A stretch of DNA of 64,000 nucleotides from the human T2T-CHM13v2.0 reference genome, Homo sapiens, in NCBI RefSeq assembly GCF_009914755.1, contig NC_060932.1; one strand, written 5' to 3'. The notes below the pieces were generated by a model. It did no database searches, was not told the origin of the DNA, and saw nothing but the letters and a program-made list of their open reading frames with translations. The translations under genes were made by a program, and so were the position numbers. Shown piece after piece: positions 11,901 through 25,598 of this stretch; position 1 is the stretch's first letter; every line of letters begins with the position of its first letter.

Positions 11901-12311
11901 TTCAAACCCTAGTTCTCTTTTGTTTAGTGTCTTTCAAATTAGCAAAAGTTTTGCCCCTGGAATAGATTATGCTCCTATTATCTTAATAACAATGAAAAGG
12001 AAACTTCAGAGCTCCAAGAGAATGAGACCAATGAAATCATGTTTCCTTTCTTCCCTATGAAATGTAATGTCAGATAGTATTTCGATTTTTCCAAAATCAT
12101 TTTCCTGTTTAGTCCTGAAGGCAGGAATCTGCAAATATCAAACTATCCTAGACTTCACAGCTGGGTCAGACAGATCAGGCTAGCCCTCTGGCAAGGGGTG
12201 TTTTGACCCTTTGTTTTTCATTACTTTTCCTAGACAGAGATTGAGAGTTCCTGGTGAAATCAAATTACAACCTCAGTAGGTAAATGCCAGTCCTTTAAAT
12301 TGATGTGAGAA

Positions 12312-12642
<331 letters not shown>

Positions 12643-15600
12643 TCAGGGACTTATACTGAGAGAGCGTATAAACATGAGGACTTAAGCAGCGGATGTGCTC
12701 ATTATTCACTCCCAGAGCAGATCTGCAGGAATCTTAACAGGAAAGGGCAGAGTGATCTTGCTTGGCAGTCTTGCTAAAGGAAAATGACCAAAATCTATTC
12801 TTTTCCTCTTTCAAATAAGAAAGAAAAATTATTTCATAGTGATCTATGAGTTTTAGGATGCCTTTATTTTCCTGAGAATCCCTCAAAATATCCACTTCAA
12901 ATATTAAACATTTTGATCCCGATTGTAAACTCCAGAAGCCTCTAACACCTGAAGCATGCATTGATGAACTTAACCGTGAATTGGCTGATGAGACTCATGA
13001 TCTTTCATTCTTATTTAAATTATATATTGTGTTTTAATTATTACCTCCTTTTGTTACATTTCCTTAAGCAAATTATAAGTTCTTTGATGGTAGGACCTTA
13101 TCCTTATTTTTTGCTGTATTCATAACGGTGCACACAGAACTATCACTCAAATAATGTTTACTAAATATTTACCTCAAGTCAAGCACGCTTCTGCCTATGT
13201 TACGCCATGTCTTGCCTATGTTAAGTTCTTTTTCTCCTGCCTGGAATACCATTTAAAACTATCTGCTACCAAGAAAGCCACACCCTTTCAGCAGACCCAG
13301 AGAACTACAGCCAAAAAAACAAACTGTTTATTAGTTGAATATTTTACAGACGTCTCTGCGCTGGATCCAATACCTTATAAAATCCTTGATTGGTCTAAAA
13401 TAGTTTAAAGTTTGGGCACAAGAATTGAGAGGTGTTTTTTTGTTGTTGTTGTTTTTAAAGCAGAGTTTATATAAATCCTATCACTGCAATTGAAATCAAA
13501 GCAGAGAGAATTCCAAGAACTTTGACTATGCTAGATTCAGTATCAGGCAGTCTAGGCTACCCTATCATTTGTTTTATTTTACTGAATGCTTGCTAAAATG
13601 ACTATCAGTGTTAAAACATTAAACTTGCTCCACTTGTTCAGGTCATTAAAGAATAGGTAATAAACAATATGGTTGATATGAAGAATAGAGGAAAACTACT
13701 TTGAATATCCCTGAGAATAAAATAAACAATTTGTGATGGCTGGGAGCTGTACAGCTAATCCTATATGACATGAAGCTATCAGAAATAGGTTACATCTTTT
13801 TTAGCAAATGGCTTCACAAGGTTGAGACTCAACGAGACAGTCAGACACAGTGAGAGGTTCTTGAAACAGTTTCAGTCATAAACCAGTGACAACATTCCGT
13901 ATATTTATAGGGGCCATTTAGAGGGCCATTAGCTGACTTCTGCCCTTTTCAGTCATACCTGCATACTTGAAATCACCTCCATGAGAGACTTCACTTTTAA
14001 AACTCATTGGCAATTTAATATGTAATATGTAGGTTCAATTCTAGTGTTTTCAGGAAATAGAGTAAGCTCAGTCTAAAGTCAAATCAAGTCAAATCACATA
14101 ATAAATAGTAATATTAATAAGAAAGAGTAATAATTGCATTATTGTGTAGTTTATTGTATTACTTGGAATTTCTGTTTCACCAAAACACAGAAATACCTCT
14201 TTTACAAATTAGTTAAGATACGCGGAACTACATTATAGTATAGCTACCATTTTCAATATTAATTGGAGGTACAAATGGAGACAGAGGTCATTTTAGGGTT
14301 ACTCCTTTCTACTGAGAGTGATTGTTTTATCTAGTCCATTCAAGCAATTTCTATAACAAAGTATTAATAGCTGCCATGTGCTGTAGCCTTCTGAAGTAAG
14401 TGAGAAAACTGCATGGGTCTTTTGGTATCCCGTATTTAATAAATGTTCATTCTTTGGAATATAAGTTCCCATAAGGCAAGGGAAGCATATCATATATGAG
14501 AAAGAATTTTAAAAGCTTGAATGTTATGCGATAATCTACTAGCATATACAGTCAAATTAAGGGTATTTTTAAAAGTCACTATAACATGCCCACTACTAAA
14601 TATGATAGATCTAGAAGATAAAAGAGTACTGAGTAGTAAGTACTGAGCATAAATGGTGAAATCACATTGCATTTACAGATGTAATAAACTTCTAGTGTTG
14701 CTTCTTTTCAGGTAATGAGCTTGTAATTCATTATTTTTCTAAATATTTTAGGTCTTTCAAGAGCAATACCTCTTATTTTACACTATTGAAATTATATAAT
14801 TAATATGGGAAAGAATGACTCCACTGCATAATGATACTAGAATTATAGTGGTGAATATAGATTAAATTACCAACTAATTAATTTGAAATTTATGGACTGG
14901 TGGCCACTAGTGCCATGGCACACTGAATGCTTTAGTAAGCAATTGCATTATTCAACAGAAGTCTTAGTGGGAGTGATTGACAAATGTGGGATGCAGGTCT
15001 CCTATTATGAATACAGATTATGAATCAGAGGTAGAATTTTTATCTTGTGAATGATTATATCTTGTGAAATATATTATTTGTTGTCTGATTTAAACCTACT
15101 TTGTTTTGGCTCTCTGTTCTTTCAGTTTCAATTCCATTATCTATTTTAAGTTCTTTAGGAATTATAAACCACATGCTGTCAATGACAGGAAAACACTGCC
15201 CATTAAGTTTAATGAATCATTCAGACTGATTTTCAATGGCTGAGAAATATCAAAGTGGCTTCAGTAATGTATGTAATGTGTAGAAAATCTAAGTATAATT
15301 CTTAAGAAAGATCATCAACTCTGAGTGTTTGTGATATAATACTGTATGTATGGTTAATATTTTTTCTGTTTTTATAAATATTTCCTAGGAGAAATAGGTT
15401 CTAATATTGTGGATCATAGGAAAAAAATCCAAATATATTATTAGAAAATGTATTTAAAACTAATACTATAGAAGTTTAGTTGAAACTCATTATTTGATTA
15501 TTAATATTTTAAAATTATAGTAGAAATGTTTATCTTTAACATTTCCAAAATTTTAAAGAGTAAATTAGGGTAAAGAACTAGTTTCTGATTGTATAATTTT

Positions 15601-16168
15601 ACTGTTGGAATGCCTCAATTATAGTAGACATCTCCTTATTGTTCATAATAACACTGCTGTGGACAAAAGCCACAAGCAGAATGTTGGCATCATGTGAGCA
15701 GTACTGCATGAAGGTAGGATTGAGTGCTCACCAGCAACGGATTAAGTCATTACAGCCCAGTTCTTAACAAATCCAAAGAACAAATTGTCTTTTACACCTG
15801 CACATACCAGGACCACCTCTAAGATGTGCATTGTGATCAATGACAGGAAAGTAAAAACAAGTCACTCTGTGGGAAGGAAGAAGGAGCACAAATAATGGTC
15901 AAGGGACGTGGTGATGGTGGAACGCATTATAAGATACAAGCTTCAAAGGTGCTCCTTGAAAGGTTTTTGATAACACACACAAGACAAAGGCAAATATAGA
16001 TTAGAACAGAGTTTAAGATGCATTTGTAAACAAAGATCTTCAAAGTAATTATTCAGGAAAAAGGGGGAGAATACTGACAGAAGAGCTGTAAGGAGATTCT
16101 TATGTCCAAAGGAGTGCAACATGAGGAAACTTCTGGCTTGAGGTTTCGATTAACCAGTGACATGAAAT

Positions 16169-16170
<2 letters not shown>

Positions 16171-16212
<42 letters not shown>
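16171..16212. repeat. (GT)n microsatellite with GTAT tail
   Basis: Direct reading: uninterrupted GT run followed by GTAT units. Confidence 0.95.
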
Positions 16213-16569
16213 AATTTTCACATATCTTTCTATAAAACATTATTACACAGTGTACTGTCCTAAGGATGACACTGTGACACTATAATATTTATACTGCATG
16301 TTTTATTCCACACTTTTTATTCCTACTTTCTAATATTAAAAATGAGGAAGTGAAATAAATTTCTTACACATTTCTTAAAATTTTGCCAATAGGTAAGTAA
16401 ATGTTAAAAATTTAAAATTAATTTTGTTCTGAGTCTAACAAGTTATAGTGAATAGATGAACTTAGTGGTAGATTAAGGGATCTCATGGGATATTCCAGTG
16501 TCAGCATAAATCATTAGAAGTCAGAGGAGTCAAATGGAATCCCATGTGCAATAACATCTAAAAGACATG

Positions 16570-17615
16570 AATTCAGGAACTAAAATTATGAAATTCTTAA
16601 AACGTAGAGAATATTTGTAATCTGCAAATTATGGATTTTTTTAAGGACAAGAAGGTGTAAAAATGGCAAATAGAACTTTATCAAATTAAAAATATTTGCT
16701 CTTTACAAGATACCACCAAGAAAATAAAAACAAGCTAGAGTGAAATGAAACATTTTCAAAATGTGTATCTGATAACAGACATTTAAAAAAAAAACAGGTG
16801 AAGAGGAATTGCCACTAAAATACAAAAAGACAACACAATTTAAAAATGGGAAAAATATTTGAATAGACCTAACAAAAATATACAAATGGCAAACAAGCAC
16901 ATAAAGTATACTCAACATCATTAGGCATTAGGAAATACACATATTAAATTCACAATGAGTTACAACTACAAACCCATGAAAATTGCTAAAATTGAATACC
17001 AAGTATAGGTGAGTATGTGGGGAAACTAGGACCCTCATGCAGTATTGGGGATAGTTTGCATCTAGTAGCCACTTTAGAAAATAGTTGTGTGTGTGTGTGT
17101 GTGTGTGTGTTTTAACATTCTATCCAGCAGTTACATTTCTAGTATCTAGGTAAGATAAATGAAAACACATGTGCACACAAGCATCTTATAGGTAAATTGA
17201 ATAAACCTAAATGACCATCATCTTGTGAATGGGTGAATAAATATGGTGTATCCATATGATGGACTACTACCCAGCAGTAAATGGAATGAATCACTGACAC
17301 ATGCGACAACATGAATGATCTCAAAAGTATTATGCCAAACAGAAGGTGCTAGACACAAAAGACTACATAGTACACTATTCCACTTACATGGAAGTTTTAG
17401 AAAAGGCAAAGCTATAGGGACAGAAAGCAGATCTGTGCTGGGAGGAGGAGTGGGGAAAGGCTGCAAATGGGCATAATGCAATTTGGGGAGTTATGAAATA
17501 ATTTTAAAATTGCATTGTGATAATTATTGCACAACTATATAATGGTACTAAAATTGAATTGTGTGCTTAAAATAGATGAATTTTCTGGTAGTAAATTACC
17601 TTAGTAGAGCTTTAA
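16570..17615 (+). mobile_element. L1ME1-like 3' fragment containing a (TG)n microsatellite (about 17086-17110)
   Basis: AACTTTATCAAATTAAAAATATTTGCTC...ATGAATGATCTCAAAAGTATTATGCCAAACAGAAG...TTGCACAACTATATAAT...GAATTGTGTGCTTAAAATAGATGAATTTT. Confidence 0.75.
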
Positions 17616-17672
17616 ACAATTATTAGGCTACCACCATAATGAGATTCTAAGATTATTTTCTGTTTTTAGTAG

Positions 17673-18012
<340 letters not shown>

Positions 18013-18722
18013 AAGTGTGTACATGTTTAATTGAAAGAGAGACATTGAAAGGAAAAGCATCCATCTGGAGAGAAAACTAGCAGGCTGCTGCTACCTGCAA
18101 GATTTCAGAAAGTGGCATTTTTTAACTTGGTAAACTTACTGTGATGGAATATCTGGCTGAGAAACTTGACTTTGTCAGCAGGATGACAAATATCATTGTC
18201 ACATGGGCCAGGATACTAGCATACATGTAATAATTTTAGTACTGATAACAGAACTATATAGCAAGTAAAATGGCAATTTCATTTATCAGTCATAATGAAA
18301 TACCTTGGTATATTTTAGGTAATAGCAATGGCAAAGTCAAGAATGTCAGCCTGTATGAATGGCTCATAAAATACATAAAAATTAGCACTTTGCTTGATAA
18401 GTTCAGACTCACAACTAGGGCAGTTAATTAGAAAAAGTTGACATTTTCTGGAACCAGGATACAATAGGATGGTTTCTTCATTCCACAGCAAGGATAGTGT
18501 TTTTCCATGTCTAACCATCCCCCTCAGAGAAATTATATAAACATAGACATAGATACATGTATAGAGATGTAGAGATGTAGACATAGTGATATACATTTGC
18601 TAGATTGATTCCTTTTATTCTAGCAATTATTCAGCCTACTTAGATGGATTTGCATTTGTCAGCACTGAAAATTTATGTTGATCATAACGTTTTATAGTCA
18701 GAGGACAAGTTTACTGCTTTTT

Positions 18723-19227
18723 CTATTAGTTATCTATTACTACACAATCAAAGCTCAGCACTTGAAAACACCAACCACTTATTGTCTTACAGTTTCTATA
18801 GATCAGACATCCAGAGTCTAAGTGCTTCTAACTCAGGGCCTCTTACAAGGCTGCAATTAAATCATCTCAGGGCTCTAGTGGGAGAGCATCAACTGCCAAG
18901 CTCACCCATGTGTGGCTGTTGGCAGGCCTCAGGTCCTCTCTGGCTTTGGGCCAGGTACTCGCCACATGGGCCTCTCCGTAGGGAAGCTCACTACATGGCA
19001 GCTGGTTTCCCTCAGAGCAAGTAACCAGAGAACAAGTGAAGGCACTTAGATGGAAGCCACAGTCTTTTTGTAAGTTAAACTCAGAAGTAAACTGTTACCC
19101 CTGCCACATACTTTTCAACAGAGAAGGGTCATTAAATCCCCATTCAGGGATATAGGATTACACAAGGACATGATACAAGGAGGTGGAGTCATCATACCAT
19201 CTCAGCCATCTTCAAGGATGCTTACAT
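18723..19227 (-). mobile_element. MLT1F/G/H-like MaLR solo LTR
   Basis: CCAAGCTCACCCATGTGTGGCTGTTGGCAGGCCTCAG...CACATGGGCCTCTCC...ATGGCAGCTGGTTTCCCTCAGAGCAAG...GATGGAAGCCACAGTCTTTT. Confidence 0.8.
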
Positions 19228-20299
19228 GTCTGTCTTTATATGTTTTGGGAGAGGCTTCATTTTAGCTCTTAGTATTACTTGACATGTCATCCCTGGTGAA
19301 AATACGTAGTTCCTACAAAGAAAGTCTGAATTAAATATAGATGTAAGACTCCATTGTTAACAATTGAAGGGCAAGAGCCTTTTTATTAAAAATCAGGCAA
19401 TATAATGATAAAGGCAGGAGGAAATATATTTTGTCTCAAGGGGAGGAATGAGAAGTACAGGGTTGCTTGAATAGCATTAAGAATCATGCTCCCGTGTAAA
19501 TTGTTACTGTCTGTTTTCTCACTTAGCATCAATCTAGATGGAGACAGAAGAAAACTAGAAACCATATAAAACATGTATTTTATGCCTCGCTTGTCCACTG
19601 CGTTCTTCTTTTCTTTTTTCTCATTTTAAAACTCATACCCACTTTTAAATTAAATTGGCAAAAAACACATTTTTTTCATTAACCTTTTGTGATGCCCCCA
19701 AACTCTGGGGTCATGATTATATGCCTAGAATAACATTTTACTTGAATGTAAAAGTGAAATGTGAACTTTAAAAAACCATAGTACTTAAATGTGGTAGCGC
19801 TGGTGGTGGTGATGCATATGTGTGCCTCAGTTTAGGAAGCTATTGATAAATGTTACAAGTCTAGCAAAATGCCTTTACTTTCATCCCTTAATATGTTTCT
19901 AATGTATTTGATTTACTATTATCTTTGTTCTTCTTTTCCATTTAATGACTTTTATTAAACACAATAATCAAGAGATAAAATACACTAATATTCGCTCTGG
20001 TTAACTTCAGGAAGCTGAGCTGTGTATTCTGAGTATAGAGTACTCAGCATAATCAGTACACAGTGCCCTGAAACTAAGTTATTCATTCTTAGGTAATGTA
20101 CCTAAGAAGAAAGAATAATGCTTTCATCTTTAAAGTAAAAGTAGAAGCACAAATTTTTGCGCCTGAGTCTTTTTTGGGCAATAAAGCAAATCAAAAACAT
20201 TTAAATAAATACCAGAGGTGACATTAATAAAACTGTTGCTGACACCATAAGAGACTGCTCCTTTGGTGTTGGCATTTTTGTGTAATTCAGGAATTGTAT

Positions 20300-20680
20300 C
20301 TCTATAAGTCATGAAAATCTAATTCAAATAAGCACAGGCAAAATTGTTGTTTTATTGAAAGTCTCCTATATTACGAAGAGAAGATTAAAAACTAAAGCTG
20401 TATAAATGTCTAGAACTCTGCCAAAACTCTGTCATCTCTTCTTATGGTAGTTTTTTTGCCATATGGCATCTGAAAGAGACAGTCTTCAAAGATCTGTAAC
20501 TTAGAGCTCTACCATCAGAGTGAAAAAATCCCAGAGTTATATTCTGATTTGTCAGGTTTGGGTCACATTTCTACTCTGGAAACAATCAGCTGAGGCCAGA
20601 GAGTCAAGATACTGTGACTGACCATATTTGCATCTGGTGTTCCTCTTGTACCAATCAACTACAGCCAGCATGTAGTGCAA
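20300..20680 (-). mobile_element. Very old MLT1 (I/J/K-like) remnant
   Basis: ATTCTGATTTGTCAGGTTTGGGTCACATTTCTACTCTGGAAACAATCAGCTGAGGCCAG motif. Confidence 0.45.
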
Positions 20681-21041
20681 TACACAAACATCAAAGTTAC
20701 AAATCATCTTCTTTTGGTCTCTAAGCTTAATATATTTTCCTTATTTTTTAGACTTTTTGATAGAGAATTCTATTACAAGTATAACAAACACAGACTCAGT
20801 TCTCTGTGCTTGCATTAGAGCCATTGTCATCTCTAAACCTCTAATGTTTTTGAAATCTTAGCTTGCTATTTTTTGAGTATTTTGTGCATGTATATTAAAT
20901 GTAATCTAACTTGTTGGTATATTTCATAACTGCACTGAGAAGTAGGAATTATACATGAATTTGCTGCCAATATTAAATTCGGAATTCATATTACAAGCAA
21001 CTTACATTTGTAAAATCAGTACTAACTTTTTTGTTACTGCA

Positions 21042-21374
21042 TTTTTAAATTGACAGATAAAATTATGTATTATGTACAGCATGATGTTTTGAAATATATA
21101 TATATATATATATTATGAAATGGCTAAATCTAGCTAATGCACATAGTTACCACTTTCATGGTGAGAACCCAACATCCACTGATCATTTTTCAAGACAGTA
21201 TATTGTTATTATCTATAGTCATAATTTTCTGCAATAGATCCATTGAATTTATTCTTTCTATCAAATCGAAATTCAATATTCTTTGACCATCATCTTCTCA
21301 ATATGCCAGCCTGCCCAACGCCTGGTAACCAACATGCTACTTTCTACTCGGTGAGATCAACTCTATTAGACTCA
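21042..21374 (-). mobile_element. L1MA8-like 3' end fragment
   Basis: TTTTAAATTGACAGATAAAATTATGTAT...CATGATGTTTTGAAATATATATA...ATGGCTAAATCTAGCTAAT...CCTGGTAACCAACATGCTACT. Confidence 0.8.
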
Positions 21375-22719
21375 GTTGAATATTTATTTCTTTTACAAGG
21401 ATAGCCTTTGGAAAGATGAAATAGCCAATCTAGTCAGTATTTAAAATTTTCTTAGCAAGATCTTTACAAATGTCATGCTTGAAATGAGTTAACCAGAAGT
21501 CAGTAGCCTTGAGACATTTTTTGTTTTTATATTCTATAATGCAAAAATTAAATTTACTTTGGCAAACTAATTTTTAAAAAAAATATATCATTCATCTAAC
21601 CAGTCTGCACTCGGTGGCATATAAAACATCACATTGCTTTTTTATTATGCTTTTATTCTTAAAACATAACATGTTAACTGTACTTTTGCCATCTATACAT
21701 ATTATTGATGTATGTATTATAACCTCTGAAGTCAAACTCCATTGGTAATACATTGTTTTATTTTTTGTTTGTTTCTTAATAATCTATGGTGTTTTGAAAA
21801 GAAGAGCTTTGGAGACTGACTGAATCTGAGCTCTGACACTTATTAGCTAATACGAATGTGGTCATGATTCTACTGTTTTTGAATCCTAAATTATCAAATA
21901 CTGAAATGTGTTATTGGGAAGGAAAAGTGCTCTAGCATCTGTAAGGCACCTTTATGGACACCTTTATGGAACCTAATGTGGCTCAGCAAATGGGATTTCC
22001 CTCCCCTGTCTTTACTGAACCTCACTTCCAGTAATCTTTATTATTTTGCATTTTACAAAACATTTTCTTCTAATTCCTGCTTTTTGAACCATATAACATC
22101 TTCCTGCGGTAAGAAAGAAAGCTGTTATCTCCATTTTGCAATTAATCAAACTGAGAAGCAAAGTTGAAAATAGGAGACATAAAGTATACTTCTGGAAAGT
22201 TTATTGAGAGGCATCAGAACTAGGCCTGCTATAGTCATCCTATTGACTCAGTCCTTGTGTCCTTATAAGCAGATAACAGTGAGATGAAAAGGAATTTAAG
22301 AAGAATCCCTGAGAACAAGGAGGAGATGAGTGCTAAATGAGGTTTGATATTTGACATTTAAGTTGGACTAAATTTGGAATTGCTCTAGTCATTCTTCAGG
22401 GACAGGAAAGAGTTGTATTGTGACTGAAGAATAAAACAAAACTAATATTTGTTAATCTAGAAAAGTTTAGACTTTTCAATGAAACATTTACAATGACTAG
22501 GTTACAATTTTATGTGAAAACATATTGTCATCATTCTGTCTTCATGTCAGGGATAATCAAAAAATAAACAGATAATTTTTTCCCTAAGAAAAGCAATGCT
22601 GATGTAAGGTGAAGAAAGCACGCAGCTGCCATTGCACAAGGTTTGATGCTCATCTCTGTATATTTTTATATCTCTACTGTGTCTTTGCCTTATACCTTTA
22701 ATATTAATGTAGCATTTAC

Positions 22720-24931
22720 TGTATTAGTCTGTTCTCATGCTGATAATAATGACATACCTGAAACTGGGTAATTTATGAAAGAAAGAGGTTTAATGGTCTT
22801 ACAGTTCCACATGGCTTGGGAGGCCTCACAGTCATGGTGGTAGGCAAAGGAGAAGCAAAGGCACATTGTGGCAGGCAACAGGCCTTGTGCAGGGGAGCTC
22901 CCATTTATAAAACCATCAGATCTTGTGAGACTTATTCACTACCATGAGAACAGTATGGGGGAAACTGCCCCCATGATTGAATTATCTCCACCTGGTGCTT
23001 CACACATGGGGCTTATTATAATTAAAGGTGAGATTTGGGTGGGGACACAGCCAAACCATATCATTCTGCCCCCAGCCCCTCCCAAATCTTATATCCTCAC
23101 ATTTCAAAACCAATCATGCCTTCCCAACAGTCCCCCAAAGTCTTAACTCATTTCAGCATTAACTCAAAAGTCCACAGTCCAAAGTCACATCTGAGACAAG
23201 GCAAGTCCCTTCTGCCTATGAGCCTGTAAAATTAAAAACAAGTTAGTTACTTCCTAGATTCAGTGGGGGTACAGGCATTGGATAAATACACCTATTTTAA
23301 ATGGGAGAAATTGGCCACAACACAGGGATTACAGGCCTCATGCCAAGTCAGAAATCCAGCAGGGCAATCAAATCTTAAAGATCCAAAATGATCTCCTTTG
23401 ACTGCATGTCTCACATCTAGGGCATGCTGATGCAAGAGGTGCATTCCCACAGCATTGGGCAGCTCCACCCCTGTGGCCTTGCAGGATACAGCCTCGCTCC
23501 TGGCTGCTTTCATGGGCTGGCATTGAGTGTCTGTGGCTTTTCCAGGTGCACAGTGCAAGCTGCCAGTGGATTTACAATTCTGGGGTCTGGAGGATGGTGG
23601 CCATCTTCTCACAGCTCCACTAGGCAGTGCCCCAGAGGGCACCCTGTTGGAGGGCTCCAACCCCACATTCCCTTTCACACGGCCCTAGCAGAGGTTCTCC
23701 ATGAAGACCCTGCCCCTGCAGCAAACTTCTGCCTAGACATACAGGAGTTTCCATACATCCTCTGAAATCTAGGCAGAGGTTCCCAAACATCAATTATTGA
23801 CTTCTGTGCACCTGCAGGCTCAACACCATGTGTAAACCAGGGCTTGGGGCTTGCACCCTCTGAGCAATGGCCTGAGCTGTACATCGGCCCCTTTTAGCCA
23901 CAGCTAGAGCTGAAGAGTCTGGGGTACAGGGTGCCATGTCCCAAAGCTGCATCAAGTGGGGTCCCTGGGCCTGGCCCAATAAACCATTTTTCCTCCTAGG
24001 CCTCCAGGCCTGTGATGGGAGGAGCTGCCATGAAGGTCTGTGGAGACATTTCCCCCATTATCTTGGTGCTTAACATTTGGTTCCTCGTTAATTATGCAAA
24101 TTTCTGCAGCTGGCTTGAATTTCTCCCTAGAAAATGGGTTTTTCCTTTCTATTGCATTGTCAGGTGCCCAGTTTCCAAAATTCCATGCCTTGCTTTCTCT
24201 TGAAGGCTTTGCCATGTAGAAATTTCTTCTACCAGATACCCTAAATCGTCTCTCTCAAGTTCAAAGTTCCACAAACCTCTAGGGCAGGGGCAAAATGCTG
24301 CCAGTCCCTTTGCATAGCAAGAGTGGCTTTTACTTGTCAGTGTCAGTTCCTAACAAATTGTTCATCTCCACCTGAGACCACCTCAACCTGGACTTCATTG
24401 TCCATATCACTATCAGCATTTTGGTCAAAGCCATTCAACAAGTCTCTAGGAAGTTACAAACTTTCCCACATCTTCCTGTCCTCTTCTGAGCCCTCCAAGT
24501 GGTTTCAACCTCTGCCTGTTACCCAGTTCCAAAGTTATTTCCATGTTTTCAGGTATCTTTATAGTAGCACCTCACTCCTGGTACCAATTTACTGTATTAG
24601 TCTGTCCTCAGGCTGTTAATAAAGACACAGACAAGACTGGGTAATTTATAAAGGAAAGAGGTTTAATGGACTCACAGTCCCACATGGCTGGGGATGGTGG
24701 AAGGCAAAGGAGAAGCAAAAGCATGGCTTACATGGCAGCAGGCAAGAGAGCATGTGCAGGGGAACTCCATTTATAAAACCGTCAGATGTCATGAGAACTT
24801 ACTACCACAAGAACAGTATGGGGGAAACTGTCCCCATGACTCAATTAACATCACCTGGCAACACCCTTGACATGTAGGGATTATTACAATTCAAGGTGAG
24901 ATTTGGGTGGGGACACAGCCGAACCATATCA
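22720..24931 (-). mobile_element. Full-length THE1 (THE1C-like) MaLR provirus: 3' LTR 22720-23063, internal 23064-24592, 5' LTR 24593-24931
   Basis: Two similar LTRs (TGTATTAGTC...AACCATATCA) flank typical THE1-int sequence; TSD TTTAC/CTTAC. Confidence 0.95.
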
Positions 24932-25107
24932 CTTACTATGTTTGGGATGTTCCTCCAAGTTCTGTGGTTTCTGCAGCCAACAAGATAGGTAAGTTTGATG
25001 TCCATATTAAAGAGTTTTTATTCAAAATTGGACAGATATATTTATGAGATTCAGAAAGCAGGAAATTTCAGGTAGAGGTAAGTGTTATGAAAGAAAATAA
25101 AAATGAA

Positions 25108-25598
25108 GTGTATTAATCTTCTATTGCTATTACTGGCTCAAAGTTTCTAATAGAAAGTTTCTAGTAAAAGTTCTAATATTAGAACAAATTCATTATCTTA
25201 CATTTCTGGAGTCCAGAAGTCTAAAGTCAAGGTGTTAGTAGAGCTATGTTATTTGTGGAGGCTTTGGAGGAGCATCCACTTTCTTGCTTTTTTTCAGATT
25301 CTAGAGGCCCTCCCCTCAATTTTTTGGTTTATAGCTTTTTCCTAGTATCACTACAACCTCTTATTTCTGTCACCATATCTTTTTACCACTGATTTTTACC
25401 TTCTTGCCTCCCTCTTACAGGGACTCTTGTGCTTATACTTGTGGCCCACTCAGCTAATCCAGGATAATTTCCTACCTCATTCTCATAAGAATCCTAAATC
25501 TCATTTGCAGTGTATATTTCACTAAACAAGATAACATATTTACAGGTTCTTGGGGTGAGGATGTGGATATCTTAGTTGGGCAGAGTTTTTCAGCCTAC
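25108..25598 (-). mobile_element. MLT1D/E-like MaLR solo LTR
   Basis: TGTATTAATCTTCTATTGCT...TTCTGGAGTCCAGAAGTCTAAAGTCAAGGTG...TAATCCAGGATAAT...GAGGATGTGGATATCTT. Confidence 0.8.

Noticed and set aside
20075-20098. Third AG|GTAATG recursive-site-like motif
   Set aside because: Short, interrupted pyrimidine tract and non-consensus donor; expected by chance in AT-rich DNA.
21947-21970. 12-bp tandem duplication CACCTTTATGGA (similar small duplications near 28780-28820 and 34096-34147)
   Set aside because: Ordinary slippage duplications with no evidence of function.
22868-24619. Dense cluster of 60-128 aa ORFs
   Set aside because: All lie in GC-richer THE1 LTR/internal sequence; fragmented on both strands and typical of MaLR decay.
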